The position numbers and the translations under genes are program-made. Under the pieces are notes generated by a model. That model searched no databases. It saw nothing but the letters and a program-made list of their open reading frames with translations, and had not been told where the DNA came from. Positions 23,447 to 35,077 of a stretch of 64,000 nt of DNA are shown in pieces. Position 1 is the first letter of the stretch. Each line of letters starts with the position of its first letter. This stretch comes from Raja brachyura (lineage: Eukaryota), in the NCBI GenBank assembly GCA_963514005.1, contig OY740781.1, positions 163,308,001 to 163,372,000 of the forward strand, in the 5' to 3' direction.

Positions 23447-23537
23447 AACCCGGCGTGCACATTCAAATAAGATCAAATATAACAAGTTGTCCTGCAACTT
23501 TACTCTATGCATGCCACACGCAAGAAGAAGAAGAAAA
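23393..23537 (+). mobile_element. Short retroposon (SINE) with 5' HDV-like ribozyme motif and (AAG)n tail
   Basis: Homologous to 38826-38936, with the same 5' start. Flanked by ATCCTTTCG at 23382-23390 and 23540-23548. Confidence 0.8.
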
Positions 23538-23663
23538 ATATCCTTTCGCTAGGATTAAGCGAACTCCCAACAACTGTCTTCAGTAGTCAAGTGCCAAGTG
23601 CACATGTTTACCGAAACGGAACAATTAAATGTTTAAACATAAAAACAAAGAACTGATACCGGT

Positions 23664-23804
23664 CTTCGGGTCTGAAGAAGGGTCTTGACCCGAAACGTCG
23701 CATATCGGAGTCTGAAGAAGGGTCTCGACCCGAAACGTCGCCTATGTCCTTCGCTCCTTAGATGCTGCTGCGCCCGCTGAGTTTCTCCAGCTTTTTGTGC
23801 AACC
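23664..23804 (+). mobile_element. Penelope-like repeat with two tandem hammerhead cores
   Basis: Cores at 23672-23699 and 23712-23739. A 20-bp TSD with 1 mismatch is at 23644-23663 and 23805-23824. Nested in an older minus-strand copy. Confidence 0.8.
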
Positions 23805-24839
23805 AACAAAGAACTAATACCGGTTAAGGACGCGCAGTACTGGAGTAACTCAGCAGGTCAGGCAGCATCTCTGGAGAACATGGATATGTGACGTTCTGGG
23901 TAGGGATCCCTCCTCAGATGGACGCGCATATTTGCAACAGAATAATAGTTGTTCGAGGTTGTTATTCGAGGTTGTCAATGCCATTCTGAATGATTCTTTA
24001 AAAACAAATGGAGTGGCTTTTGACCAGGAATTTGTTGCAGTCGTCGGAGAAGTTATATATGTTCATACCAAGGAGGCTTTGCAAACATCCTTGCATCTTT
24101 TGCACATTTCACCCTGCAATCCCTCCCCGTAACAGAGTGAAGAGTGGAGAGATGTCTGTTTCGGGTGTCTGCACGCAGATAGGGTCAAATGCGGTGACTG
24201 GGTTCATCTGGTGCCGGGAATGTTAGCTTGGGAGAGGGCCACAGACATGAGTCTGCTCATTCTGCCAATGTATTTGAATAATTTTCCAGCGAGGGAATTG
24301 CCATTTCTCCCTTGCAATACCTCGCCTGCAATAGGTAGCTTCGCGTTTTCTATGTGTTGCCCACCTTACAACCACAGGTGTCTCAGGGCCGTACGAACGC
24401 TGCGAGGCAGATAGTGAATGAACACAGCGCGTACTTGCCTTCGTTGAAAGATCGTTCCCAAGATGTGAGAATATGAGAGGTGAACATTTTTCAGAGTCTC
24501 GATTGGGTCTATATAACTGAGGGTTGCTGCAGATCAGCGGAGGACCCCTTTTGTAGTTGTCACGTGTAAGGCTAGTTCTCTTGTATTTTGGGGGTAATTC
24601 CTTCTGGAATGGATTCAATGTGGGCTTAAAAGTTACCCATTCATTTTGATGATTAGCCATTCTAGCCAAAATGGTCCCAGTGGTGAGTTTCAACACCGTG
24701 CAAGAAAATAACTAGAAAAGGTTTGTTCAAGCACCAAACCTTGCTTCAAATTAGTTTGCATTTTTATTACATTCCTCGCGGACCTATTCATTAAGATAAC
24801 CACCTACATTCCATCAGAAAGCAGAGAAAAGATAGAGAT

Positions 24840-25069
24840 GGTAGACACAAAATGCTGGAGTGGCTCAGCAGGACAGGCAGCATCTCTGGAAAGAAGGAAT
24901 GGGTGACGTTTCGGGTCGAGACCCTTCTTCAGACTGTCTGAAGTAGGGTCTCAACCCGAAACGTCACCCATTCCTTCTCTCCTGAGATGCTGCCTGTCCC
25001 GCTGAATTACTCCAGCATTTTGTGTCTACCTTCGATTTAAACCAGTATCTGCAGCTCTTTCCAGCACAT
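24840..25069. mobile_element. Near-perfect head-to-head palindromic Penelope-like repeat
   Basis: The ~95-bp arms meet at ~24935. A minus-strand hammerhead core is intact at 24905-24932. Flanked by AGATAGAGAT / AGATAAAGAT. Confidence 0.8.
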
Positions 25070-25477
25070 AAGATAAAGATAGTATTATTTATTGTTTCTG
25101 CATTGTTTGAGACTCATGGTCCAGAGTCCCTCCTCTTTGACACAGGGGCTTTATGACCAAAAAGGCAATGTACAGGGTTGACGTTAACTTTCTTTGGTGT
25201 TTCTGTGCAATGAAGGCTATGTCCATAATGGATAGAAGGAATCCACACGGGTGTTAGGTGGACAGCTCTGTGGTCACCTGGAGGAGGTGATGGAGGAGGA
25301 CCAAGATGATGATACTCTGAGAAAACAGGTGGACCTCACTATGGTTACCTCGCTTGAAGATGATCGAATTTCGGTGACCTCCGGGATCATATACAAAGCC
25401 ACAATAGCGCAGTAGGGTGCCCATACTACGGTCCCTACACACGCACGATTGGGCGGCCAACTTCTGCTCTAAGACCA

Positions 25478-26140
25478 ATTAAAGTTTGCAAACAATACCG
25501 CCATCATGAGCCCTATCACAAACAACGATGAAGCAGTATATGAAGGAGACATACAGCAGAGTAAATGAGTGTCAACGCAATGGGCGCCTCTCCCATTGTC
25601 AGCAAGATGAAGGAGCAAGTTATATTATCTCAAGGTAACGAGGTGGTATAAAAGTCTCGATCGCCATCAATAATTTTGAAGTGGAGATGGTCGAGAGCTT
25701 CGAGTTCTTCGATGTAAATATCACCAGCAATCTGTCATAGACCACCATATTGGTGCTATGACCAAGAAAGCACACACATGCCTCTACCTCCTCTGAAGAG
25801 TGAGGAAGTTTGGCACGTCGTCTTACCAGCTTCTGCAGTTGCATCGTAGAACGCGTCATATTGTGATGCATCACTGCCTGGTTTGGGAGCACCTTTGCCC
25901 AAAAGCGCAATATATCTTATAGTGAGATGCAAATGTGGTGCAGTCTATGACACAGGCCAGCGCTTTCCCCTATCAACTCAATCTACACTTCGCCCTGTGT
26001 CGGGAAGCAGCCAACGTAACCAAGGACCATTCACACCTCGGCCATTCCTTCCTCTCCTTGTACCCCGTGAGCAGATAATACAAACGCTCACATACACGTA
26101 CTACCAGATTCAGGAACAGCTCCTTCCTCACTGTCATTAG
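25478..26140 (+). mobile_element. Degraded Rex1/Babar-like LINE 3' part
   Basis: Starts near a decayed KFAD motif (AAGTTTGCAAAC) and ends in ACCAGATTCAGGAACAGCTCCTTCC...ATTAG, as in the other copies. Confidence 0.65.
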
Positions 26141-26791
26141 TTCAGTTCAATTCAATTCAATTCAATTCAAGTTTAATGTCATTGCACAAATACAAGTATA
26201 GGTACAACGAAATGCAGTTTAGCGTCATTCGTAGTGATAGCGACATAGAAAAACAAATACAGAGTGCAGTGGTAGCAGTATGGAAAATAAATAAATACAG
26301 GGGACAGACAAATCTATCAGCTGGGCTCCGAGTTCAGCAGTCGGATGGTGTAGTTGAAGAAGCTGTTCTTCGTCCTACTGGTGCGGGACCTGAGGCTCCT
26401 GTACCGCCTCCCTGATGGTAGGAGGGCAAACAGTCCATGATTAGGGTGTGAGGGGTCCTTGATGATCTTCCCGGCCCACTTCAGGCACCGTTTTCGGTGG
26501 AGGGCATCCAAGGCAGGGAGCGGGGCACCGATGATGTACTGGGCGGTTTTCACCACCCGTTGTAGTGCCTTCCTGTCTGCCACGGTGCAACTGCTGTACC
26601 ATACCGTAAAACAGGTGGTCAGGATGCTTTCGATGGTGCAGCGGTAGAAGTTCGTCAGGATCTGGGGGGACAGGTGGGCTTTTTTGAGCCTCCTCAGAAA
26701 GTAAAGGCGCTGCTGTGCCTTTTTGATTAGCTTTGAGGTGTTGAGGGACCAGGACAGATCCTCCGAGATGTGTACCCCGAGGAATTTGTAG
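26141..26791 (-). mobile_element. Rex1/Babar-like LINE 3' fragment
   Basis: Minus-strand DRKALQRVVKTAQYIIG...IIKDPSHPNHGLFALLPSGRRYRS...KNSFFNYTIRLLN and a (TTGAA)n tail at 26141-26172. Confidence 0.85.
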
Positions 26792-27523
26792 TTGATTGCT
26801 GAAACGGAAGTTCTTCAATGTCTGAAGAAGGGTCTCGACCCGAAACGTCACCCATTCCTTCTCTCCAGAGATGCTGCCTGCCTCGCCGAGTTACTCTAGC
26901 ATGTTGTGTCTACCTTCTCATAACTAAAGTCCTGATCTCCTGATGCACCCCATTACAGCTCTTGGACAGAAAAACTGGACACTTTTTAGTGTTGTGACCA
27001 TATTCATTGTAACGTTGTAACAATGTATTCTGCACTCTGGTATATTTCTCTTTGCGCTAGCTATTTATTGCACTTGTGTACGGCTTTATTTCAGAACTCG
27101 CAAGCAGAGCTTTTCACTGCAGTTTCGTTCAGGTGACAAAAAAACCCAATATCAATACCATGTCCGCCTCATCCTAGTTTATGGGGAGTGGGGGGGGGGG
27201 GGGGGGGGGGTGATGATATAAATCTGTGACTAGTTTTTCTCTGCCAAGTTATAAAACTCCAGCAGGGATACCGTCTCCGGGTTCGTGATCATACCAGTAA
27301 TATTGCGAGGTCGACATCTTGTTGACAATCGCAATATTACTGGCATTATCACGAATCTATTTTTATTACCTCCGAATTTGTGTAACAATATTTCATGTTC
27401 CCCGGGAACATTTGCACTTTAAAAACGGCACTTTGAGTTCTTCTTTTCCATCGGGTTAGATTGTGATTATGGCCATGTTAAGAATGAAAAGTCCTAAATT
27501 CAATGTGTGAAATGTGATTCTTA

Positions 27524-27986
27524 TGCCCCTGTCCCACTTAGGAAACCTGAATGGAAACCTCTGGAGACTTTTCGCCCCACCCAAGGTTTCCGTGCGGTTC
27601 CCGGAGGTTTTTTCAATTTTTTGTAGATAATCGCCGGTACATAGAAGAAGCGGAAACCACTTTCGACCATTAGTGAGACTGACAAAAACCTCCGGGAACC
27701 GCACGGAAACCTTGGGTGGGCCGCAAAGTCTCCAGAGGTTTCCGTGTAGTATGTCCCATGTCCCACTTAGGAAACCTGAGGTTCCCGGAGGTTTTTGTCA
27801 GTCTCCCTAATGGTCGAAAGTGGTTTCCGTTTTAAAAATCGGTAATTTTTTAGTCGAAGTCGGTTGCGATGCGAGTTGAAGGTGGTTGCCGGACGACAAA
27901 AACCTCCGGGAACCGCACGAAAACCTTGGGTTGGACGCAAAGTCTCCAGAGGTTTCCGTTCAGATTTCCTAAGTGGGACAGGGGCA
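27524..27986. mobile_element. Composite palindromic MITE (non-autonomous DNA transposon)
   Basis: TIRs TGCCCCTGTCCCACTTAGGAAA / TTTCCTAAGTGGGACAGGGGCA extend to ~85-bp arms. A second internal TIR copy is at ~27759. No clear TSD. Confidence 0.8.
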
Positions 27987-28310
27987 AAGTCTCTCATAGG
28001 AAACAATGAGCGCGTATTGTGAGGCGCTGGCTCTGAACGCGCTGCCTGAAAAAATGATGGTAACAAGCTTCAATCCTGTTTTTCAAACATTACCCAAAAG
28101 GGAAAGTTATTCCGCTTGCTAAGTGGCAAAAATGAACTAACTAAATTATCATTTAAAAAACGTGATAGCGATTTGATGAGGCTTTTGGCTTCCTTCGGCG
28201 ATGCTACAATTCCATAATTCTCACCAACAAGAGCCCAGGTGTGTGAAATAAAATTCTTCATTTGCTAATAGACATGCTCTGACTGGACGGGAAAATGAAA
28301 TGCCACCCGT

Positions 28311-28340
28311 TGATTGATGGCTGGTTATTTACCGTGACAG
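28311..28340 (+). promoter_or_regulatory. Candidate PBX-HOX plus MEIS composite enhancer site upstream of HMX1
   Basis: TGATTGATGG (28311-28320) and TGACAG (28335-28340) in a repeat-free block 5.3 kb upstream of the HMX1 ATG. Confidence 0.45.
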
Positions 28341-28693
28341 GTAGAACTGGAATAAACGCAGAATGAACAATACACTCCACGTGATTACTTCAGGGAACTG
28401 ATGCGGAGGAATTGACAGGAACACTTCTTCCTCTCTGAAGAGAACATATACACGATAACAATTCAAGTGCGAACAACGTACTTAACATAATTTGCATTTG
28501 TTTTTAAACGGTGTGTGTGTCTGTGACGTGGGCGCAAATAAATATTCACGATGTCCTACAGGGTCCCTTTTATGAACAATGTTTTTTTTGTGTGTCACAA
28601 TGAAATAGAAAAGCTCCAGCAACCTTGGGTAACACTTGGAAAGTCCATTAATTAATATTACTCCAGAACAAGTAAATGAACCGAACATGAAGT

Positions 28694-28902
28694 TGGAAAC
28701 AAGGAACTGCAGATGCTGGTTTACAAAACAAAAACCACTGGAGTAACTCAGCGGGTCGGACAGAATCTCTGGAGAACATGGATAAGCTACCATTCGGTCC
28801 GAAAAATGCGATTCTGAAGAAGGGTCTCGACCCGAAACTGCACAAATCCATATTCTCCAGAGATGCCACCTGATCTGCTGAGTTACTCCAGCACTTTGTG
28901 TC
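28694..28902. mobile_element. Palindromic Penelope-like repeat
   Basis: Minus arm ~28694-28805; plus arm from CTGAAGAAGGGTCTCGACCCGAAAC at 28814. Confidence 0.7.
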
Positions 28903-31437
28903 GTTTATTTAAAAAAAATAAAGTTATTTAAAATAAACCAGAGAGGAATAAAAGTTAAATTATGGCAGAATCATGAGACGGCTTTTAACGCCGAAACGCC
29001 TGCAGCACCCGCGCCTAGATGCAAAATGATGAAATTCACCACACTTTTAAACAAACGAATAGACTGACGAGATTACGTTGGTTATTGGTTAGGAGGACGA
29101 AGATCAAATGAATAATTGATACATGTTTCCGTAGTTGGTGGGAATTGACATAAGAGACAGATGCTGCAGACATATTTAAGAGATATGGATGGTTGGATAT
29201 AAACACCGAAACGATGCAATCCATTAGCTAAACAGTCATTCGGCACGGAAACGGCCCCTTCAGCCACACTCACCCTTGTCGACCAAGATGCCCATCTAAG
29301 CTAGTCCCATTTATTCAGTCAATCAGGCGTTACTAAATTTGTTACCAGATTGACTTTGACCCCAATCTCGAGTGAATCAAATAACAATTCATTACATTTT
29401 CTAATTCAAGAATAATTAACAACAATATTCATTATTGTACTATTTGTGACACGACGGCGAAAGATAAGCTCGAATGTTACAAATTGCAATTAAAACTAAG
29501 TAGCAAATAAATGCAGAATAAAATAAAATAAAAACTTTAAAAAAAAGGATTGGAGTGAAGGAAATAGGGAAATATTCTTCCTCGAATTTATTTTCGTATT
29601 TTTCAACGAACAATCCCAACGATGTAAACTAAGACAGCGTGGGGATTTGAATTAGGAACTATTAAAACACTGAAAACCACAGACAACAATTAATTGGATT
29701 GCTTATTAACAGATATATGATGTAAAAGGGCAGCAAATGAAATAATTCCACATTCAAATTTGTAGAACTCCGGGATTTTTTAAAAAGGCTTACGATCGCC
29801 GTTGCTGATTCGGCAACTAAAAGGGAATTGAAACAAAATAAAATACGATGTATATTTACAAGTTTTCGAGGAGTGGTGGCAGATAATTCTTATAACGCCC
29901 AAAATGATAGGTTGATGGCTGGCTTGGACTCGGTTCCCCCTAAGGCCTGTTTCCGTGCCGTATCTATCCATGATTCCATGACTCTAATTAATCTCTACAA
30001 TATGTACCCAAATTAGCTTTATTTCCAAATTAGGTTATTAGTTCAATTGCAAGTTAAGCTGCATTGCTCAACTTACAATTGGAGAGTTTGTCATATATTT
30101 CCCATTGGTTAATCAAGTGTAGTGAGTGTCATTTCGATTATTGCTCAAGTTCACAGCAGTAGAAATGTGCACAAGTGATTTTTTTTTACCTGGGAGGACC
30201 AAATAATTATTCAACTTTGAATGGACGGAGAACGCGCATCGATTCCACTAAATTATCGGCTCCAGCTGATGCACCAAGCCTAAAAACAACACAAAATATT
30301 TCACTATTTGAACTACATGTACAAAAATCTCGAAAAATGTTCATACATATTGGCCAATCTATATCTCAGACAGAATATTTGCCGGTCACCCTACCGAAGC
30401 GTCACCCGTTCCGCTGAAATATGAAAATGCCAGGCATTACATAGAAAATGGAACAACAGTAGTTAGGATGATTTCATTGTGGTGTATAAACGATAGAGAC
30501 TATGTGTTTGGTTGCTGCCTGGGTTACAACATAGTGACTGTGCATTAAAAAATATATATAATGTTAGACGTCACTGCTCTAGGAAGAAGCAGATTGCGTG
30601 GTTGATTTTCCAGTAATCTCGTCAATTCCTGCTTCTGCCATGTTATATTGTTATATTGACTCCGCTGAAAGGATATGGTGGAGAGGAGGAAATTAAACTA
30701 ATATATTGAAAAACAGACACTGCTTTAATTGCCCATGTTCAAATTAATATTTCCAAATCTTTGTCTCCACGTTACTGCAATATTGTACTGATGACAAAAC
30801 ACGACTTTCCCCCACCGGGACATTTAAGAAAACCAGTGACATTGCCCAATTGGAGGATGACTGTCTCCAGGTACCATATTGATCACAAATATTTTACTTT
30901 CAACGGATGCATTGCATTTGGGGTTTAATATTACATTGACCATATGTCTGAGCAATCGATTTTTTTCTTTCATTTCACAATCTGGAAAAAATGTTGTTTA
31001 GATACTTTTGTAATATGTAAATATGTTTTGTGTAACTAAGATACGAAAACATATACATTGTAAGTAACGTTCTTCTCGCTAGAATATAAATATTGTGTAC
31101 TCTTGATGCTGAAATAACATATTATCGATTTTACCAGCGTCTATAATTACTAATTGCTCTTGGGAAGGCGACCGCGCATTTCAAATTTGGGAAACACGTC
31201 TACTGTTCGCCGTTTATCATTTCAGTCCTGCGTCTGAACCCTATTCCCCTCATACTTTCATGCTGATACACACATGGTATCAAAAACGAATACAAGATGA
31301 TATAAAAAATCTTACATGTCGTGCAATAGTCTACATTTTCAGTAGCTCCCAGAGATCTAAATCATTGTAATACAGAATAATGGGAAGAATGAGTCCATAT
31401 TGTGCAACTTCTGCCTGAATACACATAATTTAATGTG

Positions 31438-31566
31438 TGAGAAGAAACTGTAGATGCTGGTTTAAACTGAAAATAGACACAAAAAGCTGGAGTAACTCAG
31501 CGGGACAACTAGCATCTATGGAGAGAAGGAATGGGTAACGTTTCGGGTCGAGACCCTTCCTCAGAA
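31438..31566 (-). mobile_element. Penelope-like short repeat (subfamily A)
   Basis: A 13-bp TSD, ATAATTTAATGTG, is at 31425-31437 and 31567-31579. The hammerhead-like core lies at the element 5' end. Confidence 0.8.
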
Positions 31567-32299
31567 ATAATTTAATGTGGCCGCTTAATAATTAATGAAA
31601 TCAACTTTAAAGGTGAAATCACGTGCAGTTTTATCTGCCTATCTGAGCGGTGTCTGTCTACAGTTTTAAACACGTGCTGATGGACTATGACAAATCATTA
31701 TTCTTCAACAGTGATAATGCAGCAATATCGAAAAGCACAGCGATTTAGCCCAAATCTCTCGTTCCATTCTCATTCCTTAGCCAAGACTTACGCCACTCCA
31801 GCTCAGATATACGATTGCGAAGTGTTCTCCGTATTACTATCTACATGAACATGTTCCCAAGATTGACATTTCAACCCAGTGTATTTATTCAAGTTTAATT
31901 TGGTCTGACTTAAGACAAATTGCGTGCTGCCAACTCAATTGCACAATAAATAAACAAACATATAAACACAACTAGTAACAATTTGATACAATCATATTCT
32001 CATGGTTTTCTTTAGATAATGTTCTGTCTGTTTTGTTGATCAATGGATCCACGTTATATCCTGCTACAATTTGACCATTCAGAGTGTTTTATTCAATTTA
32101 ACTTTTTGATTGGAGTCATTAACCAACATACAATAAAAAAGAGTTGGTGCCTTGGTTCGGAGAATCGGCACCATATATTGAATTGTCATGAACCCGGGTG
32201 AATATAAAACACAATCCACAAGGACGCCGAGTTAAGCTGACATTTGCAGTAACTGGCCGGCCTTTGAACCGAGCATGATCGGGCTTAAAACTACAAGGC

Positions 32300-33627
32300 A
32301 ACAACAATGAAAGGGAGTTTAAAACCGATTACTGGATAGAATGCTCAGTAAGAGGCGACTTCACAGTAAATGTACAGCCAAATTCAACTTACTTTATGCA
32401 AGGTTGCGCAATTACCCTTCAGTAAATTATTCGGCGCATATTTTAAATTGGATGGCGCTGCTGAAAAGACAATGTGGAGACGCTTCATTCAACATTTTTA
32501 ACGCCACCGTGACTCCACAGGAAAGGGAAGTCCTTCGATTCGCCGGCGGCGGAGTGCAAAAATCACATTTAATTTCGCTGGAATAATGAAGATCGCGAGC
32601 CGATAAAGCGAACTAATGGTAAATCGAAAATACCGATTACTAACCGACTTTGTAAATGAATTATCATGTTTGATAACGCTGCCTGGTAACGGCACAGAGA
32701 AAACATCACCGAATCCACTCACAGTGTAAATCAGTCACCGCACAACGTCTTGCTTTTCAACTCAGCAGTGAATTATAAAGTTTGCAATAGCCAAGAGATA
32801 AAATGCCAAGGCTAGAAATCAAAAGACACGCGAACGCCTTCGACTTTCATGCGTATGGCTGTCGCGTTGCAATTGACCATTTTACTTGCATTATTTGGTC
32901 GAGAGCGTGTGTTTGGGTGAGAGTGGGGAGGATCCTTGATGCTGAGGCGGAGGGTGGAGGTGGGGAGAGAGAACGAAGGGAGGGGTGGTGGCGACAAACA
33001 AGAAGTTTAATGACCGTTGTTACCCAATAGTAGATGGCATCGGGTCAAAATAAGTCCCCCCCCCCCCCCCCCTTCCCTCCCCACGCTCTCTCTCTCTCTC
33101 ACCGTGCGCAATGCCTGAGCATTCTGATCTGTGATTTGTTTCCTAATTGACCTAAATAAAGCCCCTGACTGACAAGCTGCTGTGGCCTCGGGCACACGGT
33201 ACCAAACAGAGCAATGAAATCATTGCAAGCAATTCCTTTATTTTCTTGAGTAATCCCATTTGCCACTGTGCCCGTCCAATCCGTGGTATATTCTTTGCAT
33301 GTTAAGCATTTAACTCGCCTGACATTTTAATTTCATCATTACCATTCACAAGCTAACCCCCCCCCCCCCCCCCCCTCCCCACTCCACCCTCCCCCCTTTC
33401 CACTTTCTCCTCGCTGACTGGCGCCGAGAGAACGATGTGTTCGTGCTTATGTTTTTCGGAGGGAGAGCAGTTCGGTCGGCGTTCCTTTTAGGCGCGGTTT
33501 GCTATGATCTCTCGAAGAATCGCCCTCCAGCCAGAAGGAAGGTCCGTCCCCGTCGACTAATCAAAGAGCACGACTCAAAAGACGATTGCTCTGATCTCCA
33601 GTACCTCCATTCACTTACGAGGGTATC
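32300..33627 (+). promoter_or_regulatory. HMX1 upstream / promoter region
   Basis: Repeat-free, CpG-retaining DNA immediately upstream of the ATG, with TAAT/TGACA/CCAAT motifs. The TSS cannot be determined. Confidence 0.45.
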
Positions 33628-33922
33628 ATGCCGGATAAAGTGACGGAGGGTCAGAGCACGCCGCCCGCCAAGGTGTCCTCGTTTTTTATAGAGAATCTAC
33701 TGCGGAGTAATGGGAAGGGAAAGCGGACGGACGGACGGGACGAGAACGCGGAAGACGTCGGCCCCAGACCAAACTGTTTCCACAGCGGGGCGCCTGACAA
33801 CCATTGCAACCAAGGCTGCTGTCAGATATCCGTTCAGGACCTCTGTGTGCACACCTATCCACTCCGAGGAAGCACGTTGCAGTGGTATACACAAGCTCGG
33901 CCGGCATGTCCCAGTCCAAACA
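33628..33922 (+). CDS. HMX1: Homeobox protein HMX1 (NKX5-3), coding exon 1
   Basis: The N-terminus MPDKVTE...AKVSSFFIENLL carries an eh1 motif and resembles HMX1. Phase-1 donor GTAAGT at 33923. Confidence 0.9.
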
Positions 33923-34211
33923 GTAAGTTCATCCTTTTATTGCGGCGGTCATGAACAGCACGAAACGGCAGTCAATCCGTGTCAAGAGGGCCCATCCGCC
34001 GCCGTCCTCGCTCTTCGCCGAGCAGAGTTGAGCCCCTGGCAGAAATAAGACGGTTTTAAGCTTTTCGTCTCTCTTCCCGCTCTTCGCTTAGCGCTTCCTT
34101 CAAGTGTCAGACAGAATGAGTAGAAAATGTTAGCAATGGCCGGAGGCTGAGAAGCAGATTGCGTCGCGGATCCCTTCCATTTCTATCTTAGTGTGACAAA
34201 CCTAGCAGCAG

Positions 34212-34298
34212 GAAGAAGGGTCTCGACCCGAAACGTCGCCTATCTCCTTCGCTCCTTAGATGCTGCTGCACCCGCTGAGTTTCTCCAGCTTTTTGTGT
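34212..34298 (+). mobile_element. Penelope-like short repeat (subfamily B) in the HMX1 intron
   Basis: A 14-bp TSD, AAACCTAGCAGCAG, is at 34198-34211 and 34299-34312. The core is 5'-clipped (GAAGAAGGGTCTCGACCCGAAACGTC). Confidence 0.85.
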
Positions 34299-35077
34299 AA
34301 ACCTAGCAGCAGATCGCATCGGGCGACAGGACTGCAGAATCAGCTCTGTCAGGTTCTTCTGCGTCCATTTGTTGATCACGGGCAATCAAATAAAACGTAG
34401 CAACCACGTTCAGACCAATTGTCTGCACCGCTTCCCTTTATAAAATGACTCAAATCGGTGAAAATCCGACACTAACGTTCTTGCGATTGTCGATAATTAT
34501 CTATAATGCAAAGGCACACTGCCATTTCTCAGAGCATCCGACGTCACTTTCAGCGCTGTGTAAAGGTTGCGGGAAATCGGTGCGGATTTGCTGAGGGAAC
34601 ACGTCGAAGAACATCGTGTCCTTGCGGTGTTTTGTGTTTTTTTAATCCTCCCAATCCTGCACTGCATCAAGGAATTAGAATCTAAATCGTGTTTCTGCTA
34701 CAAAACGGCAAATCTTATTTCTGTGCATTTTACATTAAACCCGCTTAATAATATCAAAACAGATTCCCATTGACGGTATACGCCAACAGTTGGCATAGTG
34801 ATCGGGAGGAATAGGAATTGAAATACATGATTTTTTTGTGTGCATTTATCTGCAGATGTTTAAACTGCAAATTAAACCAAAGTTCAGCTTTCAAAATTAC
34901 TGACGGAAAAGCTTACGCAACATTCGCGATGGCATATAGAATGATATTCAATCATTTTAAACAAAATTGGAGAGTAGATATATTAGTATTCATTGGTGGG
35001 GAGTTAATGTTACTACAATGCAACAACACAACAGCTTACATGTAACTTACACCTACCTATCTCTATTTGTCCCGTAG

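Noticed and set aside
24223-24696. 157-aa minus-strand ORF in unique sequence
   Set aside because: Non-ATG start, no recognisable domain and no supported splice structure; cannot be called a gene.
33923-33954. ORF-track extension of HMX1 exon 1 (and 50021-50112 for SOHo1)
   Set aside because: Read-through into introns past consensus GT donors; the spliced models keep frame with the homeobox exons.
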